From contig BTVY01000035.1 of assembly GCA_045863335.1 (NCBI GenBank), positions 1 through 64,000 on the forward strand: 64,000 nt of DNA. Direction: 5' to 3'. Below, piece after piece: positions 1 to 11,355 of the stretch (position 1 is its first letter; the number at the start of each line of letters is the position of its first letter). This DNA is from Candidatus Hydrogenedentota bacterium. Its GTDB lineage: Bacteria; Hydrogenedentota; Hydrogenedentia; Hydrogenedentales; SLHB01. The translations under genes were made by a program, and so were the position numbers. The notes under the pieces were generated by a model. It was given only the letters and a program-made list of their open reading frames with translations. It searched no databases and was not told where the DNA came from.

Positions 1-187
1 TACGAATTATGCGCTGATGTAAATTATCAAATCGACAAGATTGTGTACGATCTAGGGTAACTCTTGGCAAAATATGCCGGACACGGGGTACAAAGTAACT
101 GGCCCGGTTTGGAACATTCTCACTGCTGATCGGTATAAGAGTCATAGTGACAAAAGTTTAACCCCAAGCTCCCACTCGGAAAGGGAT

Positions 188-203
188 TGGCACGAGCTAT
201 GCT
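188..203 (+). promoter_or_regulatory. sigma54 (-24/-12) promoter
   Basis: TGGCACGAGCTATGCT: GG-N10-GC spacing, close to the TGGCACG-N4-TTGC(A/T) consensus, about 50 bp upstream of ATG 254. Confidence 0.75.
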
Positions 204-253
204 CTCCCCAGACAGTGATACTCGGTGATGGTAACCGACAGGAAGAACACGTA

Positions 254-451
254 ATGATTGTCCAGTGTTGCGTATGCAAAAAGACTCGCGAAAACGGCAA
301 GTGGTCGTATCCGAACGCGCCTATCGCCGATGAACATAGCGTCAGCCATGGGTATTGTCCGGAATGTGCCGCGCAGGCCTTTGCCCAATTGGCCGCATCC
401 ACGCCCAGGGCGGCGCGAAAAACTTCAAGGAAGTCGTCGAACGCGGCCTGA
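254..451 (+). CDS. small CxxC...SHGxCPxC putative zinc-binding protein (65 aa)
   Basis: MIVQCCVCKKTRENGKW...VSHGYCPEC matches the CxxCKK.R...W...SHGxCPxC domain seen at the C-terminus of some response regulators and PAS proteins; purine-rich RBS upstream, terminator downstream. Confidence 0.7.
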   Translation: MIVQCCVCKKTRENGKWSYPNAPIADEHSVSHGYCPECAAQAFAQLAASTPRAARKTSRKSSNAA

Positions 452-472
452 CGCGACACCGGTGTAAATACG

Positions 473-515
473 CTCCGCCCGTCCAGAGTTGCTGGACGGG
501 CGGAGTTTTTTGTTT
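473..515 (+). terminator. intrinsic terminator between the small gene and groEL (possibly bidirectional)
   Basis: 14-bp perfect stem CTCCGCCCGTCCAG/CTGGACGGGCGGAG followed by TTTTTTGTTT. Confidence 0.85.
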
Positions 516-548
516 CATCGCACCGGAACCGGTCCGGGATACGGAACC

Positions 549-2255
<1,707 letters not shown>

Positions 2256-2259
2256 TCAA

Positions 2260-2547
2260 TTACTCGATAACGGCCAACACATCGTCTTCACGCATGATGA
2301 TGTGCTCGTCGCCGTCAATCTTGACTTCGGTGCCGGAGTATTTGCCCATCAGGATCCGGTCGCCTTTCTTGACTTCCAGCGGGATACGCTTTCCGTCGTC
2401 ATCGAGACGGCCCGGCCCTACGGCCACAACTTTGCCCTCCTGGGGCTTTTCCTTGGCCGAGTCGGGGATGATGATCCCGCCCCGGACGGTGTCGCTGGGT
2501 TCTTCGCGCTTCACGAGAATCCGGTCGGCAAGCGGACGTACTTTCAT
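2260..2547 (-). CDS. groES: co-chaperonin GroES
   Basis: [36 protein letters not shown]; AGGAG RBS. Confidence 0.99.
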   Translation of the reverse strand: MKVRPLADRILVKREEPSDTVRGGIIIPDSAKEKPQEGKVVAVGPGRLDDDGKRIPLEVKKGDRILMGKYSGTEVKIDGDEHIIMREDDVLAVIE

Positions 2548-2692
2548 TCTGAAATCTCCTTCTTGTGGAATTGATTGGACTGGCAACCATAGCGCAAAAC
2601 GGGTATGGCCGTCAAGTCCGCCATTTTGACAATTTATGTATCAAACATGAGGTGCAGTCTGATCGCACCAAATTTGACTCCGTATTGAAGAG

Positions 2693-2708
2693 AGCAAGGC
2701 CCATGCCA
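2693..2708 (-). promoter_or_regulatory. sigma54 promoter of groES-groEL
   Basis: Minus strand TGGCATGGGCCTTGCT (GG-N10-GC) about 145 bp upstream of groES, with an AT-rich tract directly upstream. Confidence 0.75.
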
Positions 2709-2798
2709 CCACTTAACGAAGAATATACAATATATTGAAAATGAATATCTTACAAAACAAAAGCTTGATCTGAAGCGTGTTTTGCACGGTCACGACTT

Positions 2799-2904
2799 TG
2801 CCCATTTGGCAAGCCAACCCCAGGAAGGCCCGCAATTTGAGGTGTTCATTATTGCCAAAATGGCAAAGAATTAGCCAATTATTCTGTCGAGTGCCAATTT
2901 GACT
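2799..2904. promoter_or_regulatory. cluster of TGCCA-N3-TGGCA palindromes (candidate enhancer-binding-protein sites)
   Basis: TGCCCATTTGGCA (2799-2811), TTGCCAAAATGGCAA (2852-2866) and TGCCAATTTGACT (2892-2904), upstream of the sigma54 promoter. Confidence 0.55.
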
Positions 2905-3152
2905 GTGGCTGCGCAAACATGGGCGGGGCATGCAACGCAACACCCCGCTTCGGGTATTCTCATGAGGTGGCCCGCTGTCATCGGGAATGAAACCCGGGCC
3001 GGTGACCCAAGGTCGAAGAGGCAGAACCTTTCCCGATAGGGAAGTGGAGTATTGGAAGTGAATGGTGCTATGATAAGGGGCGTCTGGTATCTCTGAGAAG
3101 TACCGGGGCCACCTTGGCCCAACTTCTAATCGCGGGCAGGGAACTTCGGACA

Positions 3153-3389
3153 ATGAGACAACTCAAACACATTCGATACGCTTCACAGCGCTACACCATG
3201 TCCCAGGAAGAGTCGGCGCTATGGGACCGTGCGGACGACACCGAGCGGCGGGAATTGCTTGGATTGCTCGCGGAACGGCTCACGGAAACATCCGGCGAAG
3301 ATGAAGGCTGTCGTTGTCTTTTCTACCATTCCAATGGCACGCTGGTCGCCAAGAGCGTCCATCACGAACCCCTCTTCGAAAACACCTGA
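3153..3389 (+). CDS. hypothetical protein (78 aa)
   Basis: ATG-initiated ORF in the intergenic space with helical, charged composition; no recognisable family. Confidence 0.45.
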   Translation: MRQLKHIRYASQRYTMSQEESALWDRADDTERRELLGLLAERLTETSGEDEGCRCLFYHSNGTLVAKSVHHEPLFENT

Positions 3390-3420
3390 TCCACAATCCA
3401 GCCCCTACGACCGCTAGCGT

Positions 3421-4482
3421 TCATCGCGCTGGTGGTGTGAAGTGCAGTGATCTGCCCACATTCCAAAGGGTGTGCAGCAGGCCGATGAAGGTCAAACCCC
3501 AGGCAGCGACGGCGACGTAGACGAAGTATTCTGGAATCCAACGGAGGAACGGGGCCTCCACCGCTACCGACAGGCGATACGTACAGGCCGTGTACATGCC
3601 CAGCGGGAAGACCGCCCCCCAGTACAAGGGATCGTACCGGAGGGGGAAACCCCGATAGCCGTGCCGCCACGCCCCCAGCGTCACCAGCATGGGGATCCAC
3701 CACGTTGCCGTCGCCCAAGACAGCAGGGTCATGCCTTTCAGAAAGGGCAACAAGCTCAATAGAAGCGGCGAATGCTCGGCGTTGCCGATGAGAAAAGTCC
3801 CGGCCAGGGTCGAGATGGCAACGGCGCCCATGTTGATCCAGTAAGGCGGCGCGAGTTCCGACGGCTGCATCGTATAGAAGGTGTACCGGAAGAAAATGAG
3901 GGAGATGATCCAGATATAGAGCATGCCGGCGCCCAACCACATGACGAGACTGAAGAAGCTGAGCGGTTCAGAGTATTGGCCTGCCATCGTGGCGAGTTGG
4001 CTGCCTAGAATCGACACCGACTGGGCGGCAACCACCGCGACCAGCCACCCGCCGTTGATACCCTTGGCCAGCTCCGGTTTGTCGGCGCGGACGGTCAACA
4101 GCGTGAAGATGGTGTACGTAAGGACGGCCCAGAGCAAGACGCCCAAACACCAGAGTATCAGGGCTGCGCGATATGCTTGAAAGAGCACGAGGAATTGGCT
4201 GCCCAGGACGCAGGTAGCGGCAACGGTCGTGAAGAACCCGACGCCGCGGGCGTGGTCCATAAGATCGGCGCTGAAGTTTCGCCAATGCCGGACGATGCGC
4301 GCGATCGACAACATCCACAACACGAGGTAGGCCGGCACATTGACGTAGAAGAGCGCGCGGGCCAGGCCTCCCCACCCTTTCAATTCGCACGCAATGGATA
4401 CGATACCGGTCGCCATCACCAGAGCGAAGTAGGCAGGGTGCATTTGACGCAAGCCGGAATTCGGCGGAGGCATTGCGTTCAT
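3421..4482 (-). CDS. TDT/SLAC1-family (tellurite resistance/C4-dicarboxylate) anion channel
   Basis: About 10 TM segments; PAYFALVMATGIVS, GGWLVAVVAAQS, PPYWINMGA and WGAVFPLGMY motifs. Confidence 0.9.
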   Translation of the reverse strand: MNAMPPPNSGLRQMHPAYFALVMATGIVSIACELKGWGGLARALFYVNVPAYLVLWMLSIARIVRHWRNFSADLMDHARGVGFFTTVAATCVLGSQFLVLFQAYRAALILWCLGVLLWAVLTYTIFTLLTVRADKPELAKGINGGWLVAVVAAQSVSILGSQLATMAGQYSEPLSFFSLVMWLGAGMLYIWIISLIFFRYTFYTMQPSELAPPYWINMGAVAISTLAGTFLIGNAEHSPLLLSLLPFLKGMTLLSWATATWWIPMLVTLGAWRHGYRGFPLRYDPLYWGAVFPLGMYTACTYRLSVAVEAPFLRWIPEYFVYVAVAAWGLTFIGLLHTLWNVGRSLHFTPPAR

Positions 4483-4709
4483 GGACGCTCCGAGGTGTGA
4501 AGATACCAGAGCAGACCAAGGTTGAGGCTAAAACATGCGAGACTCGCGATCGCGGCGGGCCATACAATCGATGAATCCCCGCCCAGGAAGGCGTTCATGG
4601 TGGCGGTCAACAGCCACAATTGCAGAATCACCAGCAGCAGGACAAAACAGAGAATTCCGTAGACGATTGTAACGCGTTGCGATCGGTGGAGGGACGGTTT
4701 GGCGTTCAT
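4479..4709 (-). CDS. small two-TM membrane protein (DUF6755-like)
   Basis: 76 aa, two hydrophobic helices with LQLWLL motif; 4-bp overlaps with both neighbours. Confidence 0.75.
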   Translation of the reverse strand: MNAKPSLHRSQRVTIVYGILCFVLLLVILQLWLLTATMNAFLGGDSSIVWPAAIASLACFSLNLGLLWYLHTSERP

Positions 4710-5248
4710 GTGCGCAACTCCACGCCAGTGGCGTACACCGCGCCGTCGCGCACCTCTAGCGTGATCTTTGCCAGCGGCCGGCGGGGCGGTCCCGCGGTCG
4801 GCCGGCCCGTCGCCATGTCGAAGGCGCCATGGTGACAGGGACAAATGAATGCGCCGCGTTCCACGTCGGGCAGGACGGCGCAGGACAGATGGGTGCAATG
4901 CTGGGCGTAGGCGAGCAACGTTTCCTCGTCCATGCGGACAAGCACGCAGCGGTCGTGTTCGCCGGGGTAGTTGAAGGAGAGCGCTTCACCCACGGGAACC
5001 GCAGCCAACTCCGCAATCTGTTTCGGTTGCGGGTTTCCGCGCGATCGCCGGATCAGTGACTGCACCCCGATCCAGACCTGGCCCACAACAAACGCGGCGC
5101 TGGTCAGCACGAGAAACTTCACGAAGTCCCGGCGCGCCACATACTCGTCGCGCGCGGTGTCGATGGGAAAATCCTGCCGCCACTTCGGCTGCGCCTCGAT
5201 GGGGTTTCCATCCGGCGCGCGATGGGCGGGATTGCGGGTGGGGGCCAT
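4706..5248 (-). CDS. Rieske [2Fe-2S] protein with Tat-like anchor
   Basis: CTHLSC and CPCHHG boxes, GPPRRPL; ARRDFVK followed by a TM helix. Confidence 0.92.
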   Translation of the reverse strand: MAPTRNPAHRAPDGNPIEAQPKWRQDFPIDTARDEYVARRDFVKFLVLTSAAFVVGQVWIGVQSLIRRSRGNPQPKQIAELAAVPVGEALSFNYPGEHDRCVLVRMDEETLLAYAQHCTHLSCAVLPDVERGAFICPCHHGAFDMATGRPTAGPPRRPLAKITLEVRDGAVYATGVELRT

Positions 5249-5250
5249 CG

Positions 5251-5904
5251 CTACTCCTCCGCGGCTGGGCCGCTGTATACGGCGGTTGCGAGCACGTCCA
5301 GGCTCATCGTTTTTCCGCTGGGCGTGGCATCCATGGCTTCGGTCACATCCACGTACTCCCGCTCGTAGTGCATTGGCGCCATCATGTTCACCTTCGTCGT
5401 AACTTCCTGATTGCCGAACCGAAACCGATTGACTGGCGCTGTGCGCGTGCGGAGTGCTTCCACCTGTTCACGCGTGCCGAAGTAGAGCGCCTGGCTCGGG
5501 CATACCGTCGCGCACATGGGCTTCTTGCCCACGCTGGTCCGGTCGTAGCACATGTCGCATTTCATCATGAGATCGAATTCGACTTGCATCTTGGGCACCC
5601 CGAAGGGGCAGGCCAGCACGCAGTTGTTGCACGCAATACAACGGGGCTTGCGGGCGGACTGCACGACGCCGTCCTCGGTCTTCTTGATGGCGTCGGCGGG
5701 ACATACCTCCGCGCAGGTCGGCGTGTCGCAGTGCATGCAGACCATCGGCACGGTTTGCGTGGACTGCGACCGGTCCAAATAGTCCAGATGGATCATCGAC
5801 ACACCCCGATGCGTATCGCACTCGCTGCACGCCTGCACGCAGGCTTGACACCCTATGCAACGATTGGGGTCAACGAAAAACTCGTGTTGTTCGGGGACCG
5901 GCAT
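5251..5904 (-). CDS. 4Fe-4S electron-transfer subunit (DmsB/NrfC-like)
   Basis: [41 protein letters not shown]...CATVCP. Confidence 0.93.
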   Translation of the reverse strand: MPVPEQHEFFVDPNRCIGCQACVQACSECDTHRGVSMIHLDYLDRSQSTQTVPMVCMHCDTPTCAEVCPADAIKKTEDGVVQSARKPRCIACNNCVLACPFGVPKMQVEFDLMMKCDMCYDRTSVGKKPMCATVCPSQALYFGTREQVEALRTRTAPVNRFRFGNQEVTTKVNMMAPMHYEREYVDVTEAMDATPSGKTMSLDVLATAVYSGPAAEE

Positions 5905-5916
5905 GCCCTTCCTCGA

Positions 5917-8181
5917 TTATTGTTGGGGTTCCAGTTTCGCGTGCTCCGGCGGCCCTTCGGCCTTACAAACGCGCACGGCGCAGACCTTGTACTCCGGGAT
6001 CTTGGAAATCGGATCCTGCGCGGATACCGTCAATTGGTTCGCACTCTTCCGCCCCGGCCAATGGTACGGAATGAAGATCGTGTCCGGCCGAATCGTCGTA
6101 ACTACCATCGCGCGCAACGTCGTGTTGCCGCGGCGGCTCTCCGCAGTTACCCAGTCGCCGTCAGCCACGCCCAACTGTTCCGCCAGTTGCGGGTGCATTT
6201 CGATGCGGGGTTCCGGGTATTGGTCGACGAGCGGCCCAATCCGGCGGGTTTGCGTTCCCGACAAGAACTGGCTGATCACGCGTCCGGTGGTCAGGATGAT
6301 GGGATACTCCTCGTCCACGTCCTCCGCCGGCGGCGTATAGGGCGCGACATTAAACCGCGCTTTGCCGTCGGGAAAGTAGAACGGTCCCGCGCCCTTCGCG
6401 ACGGGGTTCCAGGAACCGGGTTCAAAGAGGCGCGGCGTGCCCGGGTGGTCGACTGGGGCGCCGTCCGGGCCTTCGCTCGGGCAGGGCCAGAACACGCCGT
6501 GCTGGGACTCCACTTTCTCCCAGGTGATGCCGGAATAGTCCGCAACGCCGCCTTTGCTGGCGCGGCGCAGCTCGTCAAAAATCTCGCGCGGCGACGAAAA
6601 GGTCAGACCATGCGTACGGCCCAGCGCGGCGGCGATATCTTGAATGATCCGCCAATCCTGATTGGCGTCGCCCGGGGGATCCACCGCCTTGTTGATCTTG
6701 ATGACGCGTCCTTCGATCTGCGCGACCACGCCTTCGTCTTCTTCATGCAGCGAACCGGGCAACACGATATCCGCATGGCGCGCGGTTTCGCTGAGAAAGA
6801 AATCGATGGCGCAGAAAAACTCCAGCTTCTCCAGCGCCTCGCGTACGTAGCGATTGTCGGGAAGCGATACGAGGGGATTGAAGCAGATCGAAAGCATCCC
6901 TTTGATCTCGCCCGCGTGGATCTTCCGCATGATCTCGTAGGCGTCGACGCCTTTGCCCGGCAGCTCGTCGGCGTTCACACCCCACACCGAGGCGATATGG
7001 GCGCGATGATCGGGATTATCGATGTCCCGGCCGCCGGGAAGCTGGTCGCATTTCTGCCCGTGCTCGCGGCCTCCCTGGCCGTTGCCCTGTCCGGTGATCG
7101 TGGCGTACCCGCAACCTTCGCGGCCGATACGCCCCGAGGCGAGGACGATATTAATCGCGCCGAGGACGTTCTGCACGCCGTGGCTGTGGTGCTCGATCCC
7201 GCGCGCGTGCAACAGGAAACTCGACTTCGCGGTGCCCCACAGTTCCGCGGCCTCGCGGATCGCGCGTTCGGCAATCCCGGTGACTTCCGCGGTCCGTTGC
7301 GGCGTCCATTGCTGCACGTGCTCAGCCAGGGCATCGAAACCCGTGGTGTGGTTTTCGATGAACGCGTGGTCCAGCCAATCGTGCTGAATCATGAGATGCA
7401 GAATTCCATTGAACAAAGCGATGTCGCGACCCGGCTTCACCGGAAGAAACACGTTGCAGGTTCGCGCAATGGCCGTGATTCGAGGATCGACCACGACAAT
7501 CTTCGCGCCGTTTTCGCGGGCCTGCCAGACGTAATCGGTCGTAATGGGCGCGCACTCCGCCACATTCGCGCCGCTGATCCAGACCACCTCGGCCTTCGGA
7601 ATGTCCGACCAGGGGTTCGCGGCCCGGTCGATCCCGAAGGATTTCTTGTTGCCCGCCGCGGCGCTGACCATGCAAAGGCGGCCGTTGTAATCGATGTTGG
7701 CGGTCTTCAGACACACGCGGGCGAATTTGCCCATGAGATAGGTCTTCTCGGTGGTAAGACTCGCGCCGGAAAGAATGGCAAAGGCATCGTTCCCGTATTC
7801 GCGTTGAATGCGTTTGATGGCGCTTGCGGTGCGGCGAATCGCCTCGTCGTAGGCGAGGGACTGAAAACCGCCCGGCGCCTCGGCGGTGCGCTCCAACGCC
7901 GTCGTCAACCGGTCCGGATGGGACCCCTGCAAGTACCGCTTCACCCCTTTTGGGCAGAGCATGCCTCGATTGAAAGGAAACTCCTCCCAGGGTTCAAAGC
8001 CGATGACTTCGTTGTCTTTGACCTTGAGTTGGATGCCGCATTGCTGACCGCAGAAACAGCAATGGGTTTGGACGATTCGATCCGGCTCCACGCCGGGATC
8101 CAGCCGGGCGTGTTGCATATAGGATCGATGCGGTCCGAACCGTTCGATCGCCGCAAGCGCGTCAGCGGGCGCCGTCGACAT
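5917..8181 (-). CDS. molybdopterin oxidoreductase catalytic subunit, NasA/NarB nitrate-reductase type
   Basis: [10 protein letters not shown]...CPKG Fe-S motif; GRLCMVSA (Cys-Met as in Nap/Nas, unlike Cys-His of FDH); [11 protein letters not shown]; [10 protein letters not shown]; no Tat signal. Confidence 0.88.
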   Translation of the reverse strand: MSTAPADALAAIERFGPHRSYMQHARLDPGVEPDRIVQTHCCFCGQQCGIQLKVKDNEVIGFEPWEEFPFNRGMLCPKGVKRYLQGSHPDRLTTALERTAEAPGGFQSLAYDEAIRRTASAIKRIQREYGNDAFAILSGASLTTEKTYLMGKFARVCLKTANIDYNGRLCMVSAAAGNKKSFGIDRAANPWSDIPKAEVVWISGANVAECAPITTDYVWQARENGAKIVVVDPRITAIARTCNVFLPVKPGRDIALFNGILHLMIQHDWLDHAFIENHTTGFDALAEHVQQWTPQRTAEVTGIAERAIREAAELWGTAKSSFLLHARGIEHHSHGVQNVLGAINIVLASGRIGREGCGYATITGQGNGQGGREHGQKCDQLPGGRDIDNPDHRAHIASVWGVNADELPGKGVDAYEIMRKIHAGEIKGMLSICFNPLVSLPDNRYVREALEKLEFFCAIDFFLSETARHADIVLPGSLHEEDEGVVAQIEGRVIKINKAVDPPGDANQDWRIIQDIAAALGRTHGLTFSSPREIFDELRRASKGGVADYSGITWEKVESQHGVFWPCPSEGPDGAPVDHPGTPRLFEPGSWNPVAKGAGPFYFPDGKARFNVAPYTPPAEDVDEEYPIILTTGRVISQFLSGTQTRRIGPLVDQYPEPRIEMHPQLAEQLGVADGDWVTAESRRGNTTLRAMVVTTIRPDTIFIPYHWPGRKSANQLTVSAQDPISKIPEYKVCAVRVCKAEGPPEHAKLEPQQ

Positions 8182-9256
8182 GGGAAGACTCCTTTCTCAG
8201 ATACGGGTACCAGTCCTGCGAGGTCCGGTACATTCCCGCCTGGGCCATGGCGAACATGGCACGCCGGCACGCGGGGCAAATGCGCTGGTAATGCTCCGCG
8301 GGACTTTCGGGCATGTCGTACTGGTAACCCAAACGCCGCTCGACCTCGATAAGATCCTCGACGTGCATCTGCGACGCGTAAGCCGTCCCGCAACGGCGGC
8401 ACTGCGCCTGCGGACCCGACGTGCCGAGATCTTTGTAAAACGCCACGCCAAGTTGGGCCGGACGCTGGAAGATGTGGAAGAACTTGCCGAAAGGCAGCCA
8501 CAACAAGGTGAAAATCACCGTGACGGCGTGCAACAGCGCGAGGAAGTCATAGCCGTAGCCGTGCATCCAGCGGTAACTGACCCACAGAAGAATTCCAGTG
8601 ATGGAGACGGCAAACAATAGGAGCAAGGGCAGCACATCCTCGCCGAACCGTTGCGTGGCGGCGGCGTCGTGTCCCCGCATGCGCCGCCGCATGGCGAGCA
8701 TGACGCCCGGAATCACGAGCAACGAGGACCACACCAGCCCGTGAAAGATAAACATGGCGAGCCAGCCTTCCGCAGCGATGGTAATCGTGGGCAGACCAAA
8801 GACGAAGATCGTGTAATGCTCGAAATCGTTCGGCGGCGTCTCAAAATGGATCCAGCCGAATACCAGAGGAAAGGTAATCGCCACTGCGAGGATGCAACCC
8901 CACATGATCAGCCAATGGGCGCCGCCCCGCGCCACGTCGCGCCGCCAGATAAACGCGTTCAGCGCGAATCCGGAGACCAGCCGGCGAACCCAGGTAGCGA
9001 GGTTTCGCGCGAGCGCGTCCGGCTTGAGAAAAGCCTGCCAGCCCCGTTTGAAATACAGCCACGTGGGGGGCCGCTGGAGCCACATGGTATAGCGGTAGAC
9101 GATGCCAAAGAGGGCGAACAGGGTGGCAAAGGTGTAGGCCACGAGGGCGGCATCAAAATGGGAGAGGTTTCGAGAGCCGAGAACGATGAGGATGCTCAGA
9201 AACGCGGTTGCGAGCAGACCGGTCAGTAGCGCCAGTAATGTCTCTCGCTTTAGCAT
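8162..9256 (-). CDS. NarI/DsrM-like membrane protein with C-terminal CxxC...CxxC
   Basis: About 6 TM helices with His in [14 protein letters not shown] and LPFGKFFH; CRRC and CPAC at the C-terminus; first gene of the operon. Confidence 0.75.
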   Translation of the reverse strand: MLKRETLLALLTGLLATAFLSILIVLGSRNLSHFDAALVAYTFATLFALFGIVYRYTMWLQRPPTWLYFKRGWQAFLKPDALARNLATWVRRLVSGFALNAFIWRRDVARGGAHWLIMWGCILAVAITFPLVFGWIHFETPPNDFEHYTIFVFGLPTITIAAEGWLAMFIFHGLVWSSLLVIPGVMLAMRRRMRGHDAAATQRFGEDVLPLLLLFAVSITGILLWVSYRWMHGYGYDFLALLHAVTVIFTLLWLPFGKFFHIFQRPAQLGVAFYKDLGTSGPQAQCRRCGTAYASQMHVEDLIEVERRLGYQYDMPESPAEHYQRICPACRRAMFAMAQAGMYRTSQDWYPYLRKESSHVDGAR

Positions 9257-9297
9257 GACGTTTCCCTAAGCTGTGTCGTTCCCCCGACGAGCGTTTT

Positions 9298-9320
9298 AAT
9301 ATGTATATCAAATGCATCTT
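9298..9320. promoter_or_regulatory. NsrR (Rrf2-family) operator
   Basis: AATATGTATATCAAATGCATCTT matches the 11-1-11 NsrR consensus AAGATGYATTTnAAATRCATCTT with 2 mismatches; 42 bp upstream of the operon start. Confidence 0.7.
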
Positions 9321-9365
9321 ATCCATTCAATCACAACCGCTTCTACGAAACCGAGAGGCTCTTCA

Positions 9366-10067
9366 CTAGGTAGTAGTTTTTGCGGACAGTGCGGCGAGAA
9401 ATGTCCGAATACGGCGCGCGTTCACGCCCAGATCGCTCTTGCCGTCGCGGGATTTCGACCGGATGTCCACTCGTATAGATTCCCCTGTGCCAGAGATGCG
9501 GATGGAAACATAATCCCGAAATCGAAACAACGAAGACTCTACGACGGCCTCGATTTCCTTCGTTTCCCGGTCAGCTCGAAGAACGTTCCACCCGGCATGT
9601 TCTTGCGCCACCGTAACCGCGGCATCAAACAAGCGGTCCGTAGCCATACGATCCTTGGGCCAAGTACCCGGCGAAAGGTCCGGGTAGGCGTCGCGCACGA
9701 CAGGCGCAAAGGACTCAGGGTACGACAGGTCACGCCCTTCGTTTTCCGGTAATGCGGCGATCGCCGTGAACCTGGGGGGATTCTCCAGGTCCGTGCTCAC
9801 GTCGTTGATTCGGGGAAAGCGGAAGGCGTCACGCCCGGCGAAGACAATAAGCGCGCCCGGTAGCACCGCAAGGAGGCACACGACTACCCCGTAAGAAATC
9901 GGGGTGCCGCGAATCCAGAACCAAAGCGCCGCGACAACGACAGCGAGACCCGCCGGAATCGACACGAGGACGACAGTGAACCCGCCAAGCGGCGGCAGGA
10001 CCCGCCAATGGGCAAGGCCTGCTCCGCAAATGAACAGCAACCATGGAATCAAGAAAAGGAACTTCAT
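9366..10067 (-). CDS. DUF1499 domain membrane protein
   Basis: Three N-terminal TMs, PRINDVSTD..PP.F, FRFRDYVSIR, DIRSKSRDGKSDLGVNARRI. Confidence 0.85.
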   Translation of the reverse strand: MKFLFLIPWLLFICGAGLAHWRVLPPLGGFTVVLVSIPAGLAVVVAALWFWIRGTPISYGVVVCLLAVLPGALIVFAGRDAFRFPRINDVSTDLENPPRFTAIAALPENEGRDLSYPESFAPVVRDAYPDLSPGTWPKDRMATDRLFDAAVTVAQEHAGWNVLRADRETKEIEAVVESSLFRFRDYVSIRISGTGESIRVDIRSKSRDGKSDLGVNARRIRTFLAALSAKTTT

Positions 10068-10329
10068 AGTGCCACCTGTCCTCGAAATATCCCGATCTTG
10101 CAGTGTCAAGATACCGCAGGCGTAACAACATGGCAACAAGAAGTTTAGAGGGAACGCGAATCTGCTATTAATGCCCTAGCGGAAAAAGAAATTTACAAAA
10201 TATCCTTAGTCCGCTACCCTGCCTATGTTCATCGCGACTCTGAACGGCCGTGCAAACCGTTCAGGAGTTGTGACTTCAAATGATGCTGGAAATCTGTCCG
10301 CAATACACACTTGTGGGGGTTCATCCATC

Positions 10330-11280
10330 GTGCAGAATCGTTCACAGACCGTAACTCGCCTCATTATTGCCACGTCCTTCGCACTACTAGCGCCGATGGC
10401 GGCCTTCACGGAAACGGTTATCTACCTCGCCCCTCATGGCGGCGAACCAGTTCTTGTGGACTCCGAATACCCTGGAGAGTACGGAAAGCTTCCCGGACCA
10501 CCCCATGCCGTAGCCACCGGCACGGACAGCACCAAGGCCGGCAATCTCACCTTCAACCTGACCTTTGCCGATGTGACCAATACGACAGGGTTCGGGTTCG
10601 ACGACCCCACCCACGGCGCAACGCGCAGAGCCACGGCGCTGGCCGTCGCGAATTACCTGAACGACGTGCTCAACGAAAGCACTGGAGCGACCATCGACAT
10701 TGACTTCCAGCTTTCCGTCAACGTGGGCGGCGCAGCACTCGCGGAAGGCGGGACCTTCTACCCGACCGGGCCGGACCAATACCACGCGGGGCGCTGTCAC
10801 GAGCACATCACGACGGGAACAGACCCTGCCCTGGCGTTCCCGGATATCCGGTGCACGGTGGACTTCGGGCACACGTGGAACAACGGCCTCGGCGCACCGG
10901 CGGGCGGCGAGTACGACTTGGCCTCGACCCTTCTGCACGAGTTCACGCATGCCCTGGGCTTCGCCGCGCTGGCCGACGCCAGCGGCGACAGCACGTCCAG
11001 CTTGACCAACCCCGGCGTTTACACGACGTTTGAAGATGACCTGCTGCGCGGAACCGGGTCGATCGACTTGTGGAACGGATCCTTCAGCTTCATCGGAACG
11101 GCCGCCGACCTGATCTCGGACGACGTCTACTACACGGGAGCGAATTCGACCGCGGCAGGCGTCACGACAAGACAGTATTCCGCGGTCGATATCGGCGGGC
11201 TGCAGGATATCGGCTACTCCAGCGCGGCCGATCCGGGAGTGCCGGTGCCAGTCGAGATTAGCGGTTTCACGACCGAGTAG
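10330..11280 (+). CDS. secreted zinc metalloprotease-like protein (HExxH) with C-terminal PVPVEISGFTTE tag
   Basis: Signal-peptide-like N-terminus, LLHEFTHALGF, DIGGLQDIGY; start uncertain (ORF open from 10225, GTG 10330 chosen). Confidence 0.75.
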   Translation: MQNRSQTVTRLIIATSFALLAPMAAFTETVIYLAPHGGEPVLVDSEYPGEYGKLPGPPHAVATGTDSTKAGNLTFNLTFADVTNTTGFGFDDPTHGATRRATALAVANYLNDVLNESTGATIDIDFQLSVNVGGAALAEGGTFYPTGPDQYHAGRCHEHITTGTDPALAFPDIRCTVDFGHTWNNGLGAPAGGEYDLASTLLHEFTHALGFAALADASGDSTSSLTNPGVYTTFEDDLLRGTGSIDLWNGSFSFIGTAADLISDDVYYTGANSTAAGVTTRQYSAVDIGGLQDIGYSSAADPGVPVPVEISGFTTE

Positions 11281-11321
11281 GACCGAGTTATTCGAGAGCA
11301 TTGCGTTCTGGACATGCGGGG

Positions 11322-11355
11322 AGGCGTCCGCGGGAATCGCGGGCGCCTGCTTCTT
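11322..11355 (+). terminator. hairpin, possible terminator
   Basis: AGGCGTCCGCG/CGCGGGCGCCT stem with G-U pairs and a weak U tract. Confidence 0.4.

Noticed and set aside
74-253. 5' extension of the small zinc-finger ORF
   Set aside because: It overlaps the sigma54 promoter, and the recognisable domain begins at ATG 254
2548-2690. CIRCE/HrcA operator upstream of groES
   Set aside because: No TTAGCACTC-N9-GAGTGCTAA found
5917-8181. Annotation as formate dehydrogenase or arsenite oxidase
   Set aside because: The active-site Cys is followed by Met rather than His, the GQ.N.QGGRE motif is of Nas type, and the N-terminal cluster has the four-Cys pattern
5056-8352. 1098-aa plus-strand ORF
   Set aside because: Antisense to clearly identifiable Mo-enzyme and Fe-S genes; Arg/Ala/His-rich shadow composition
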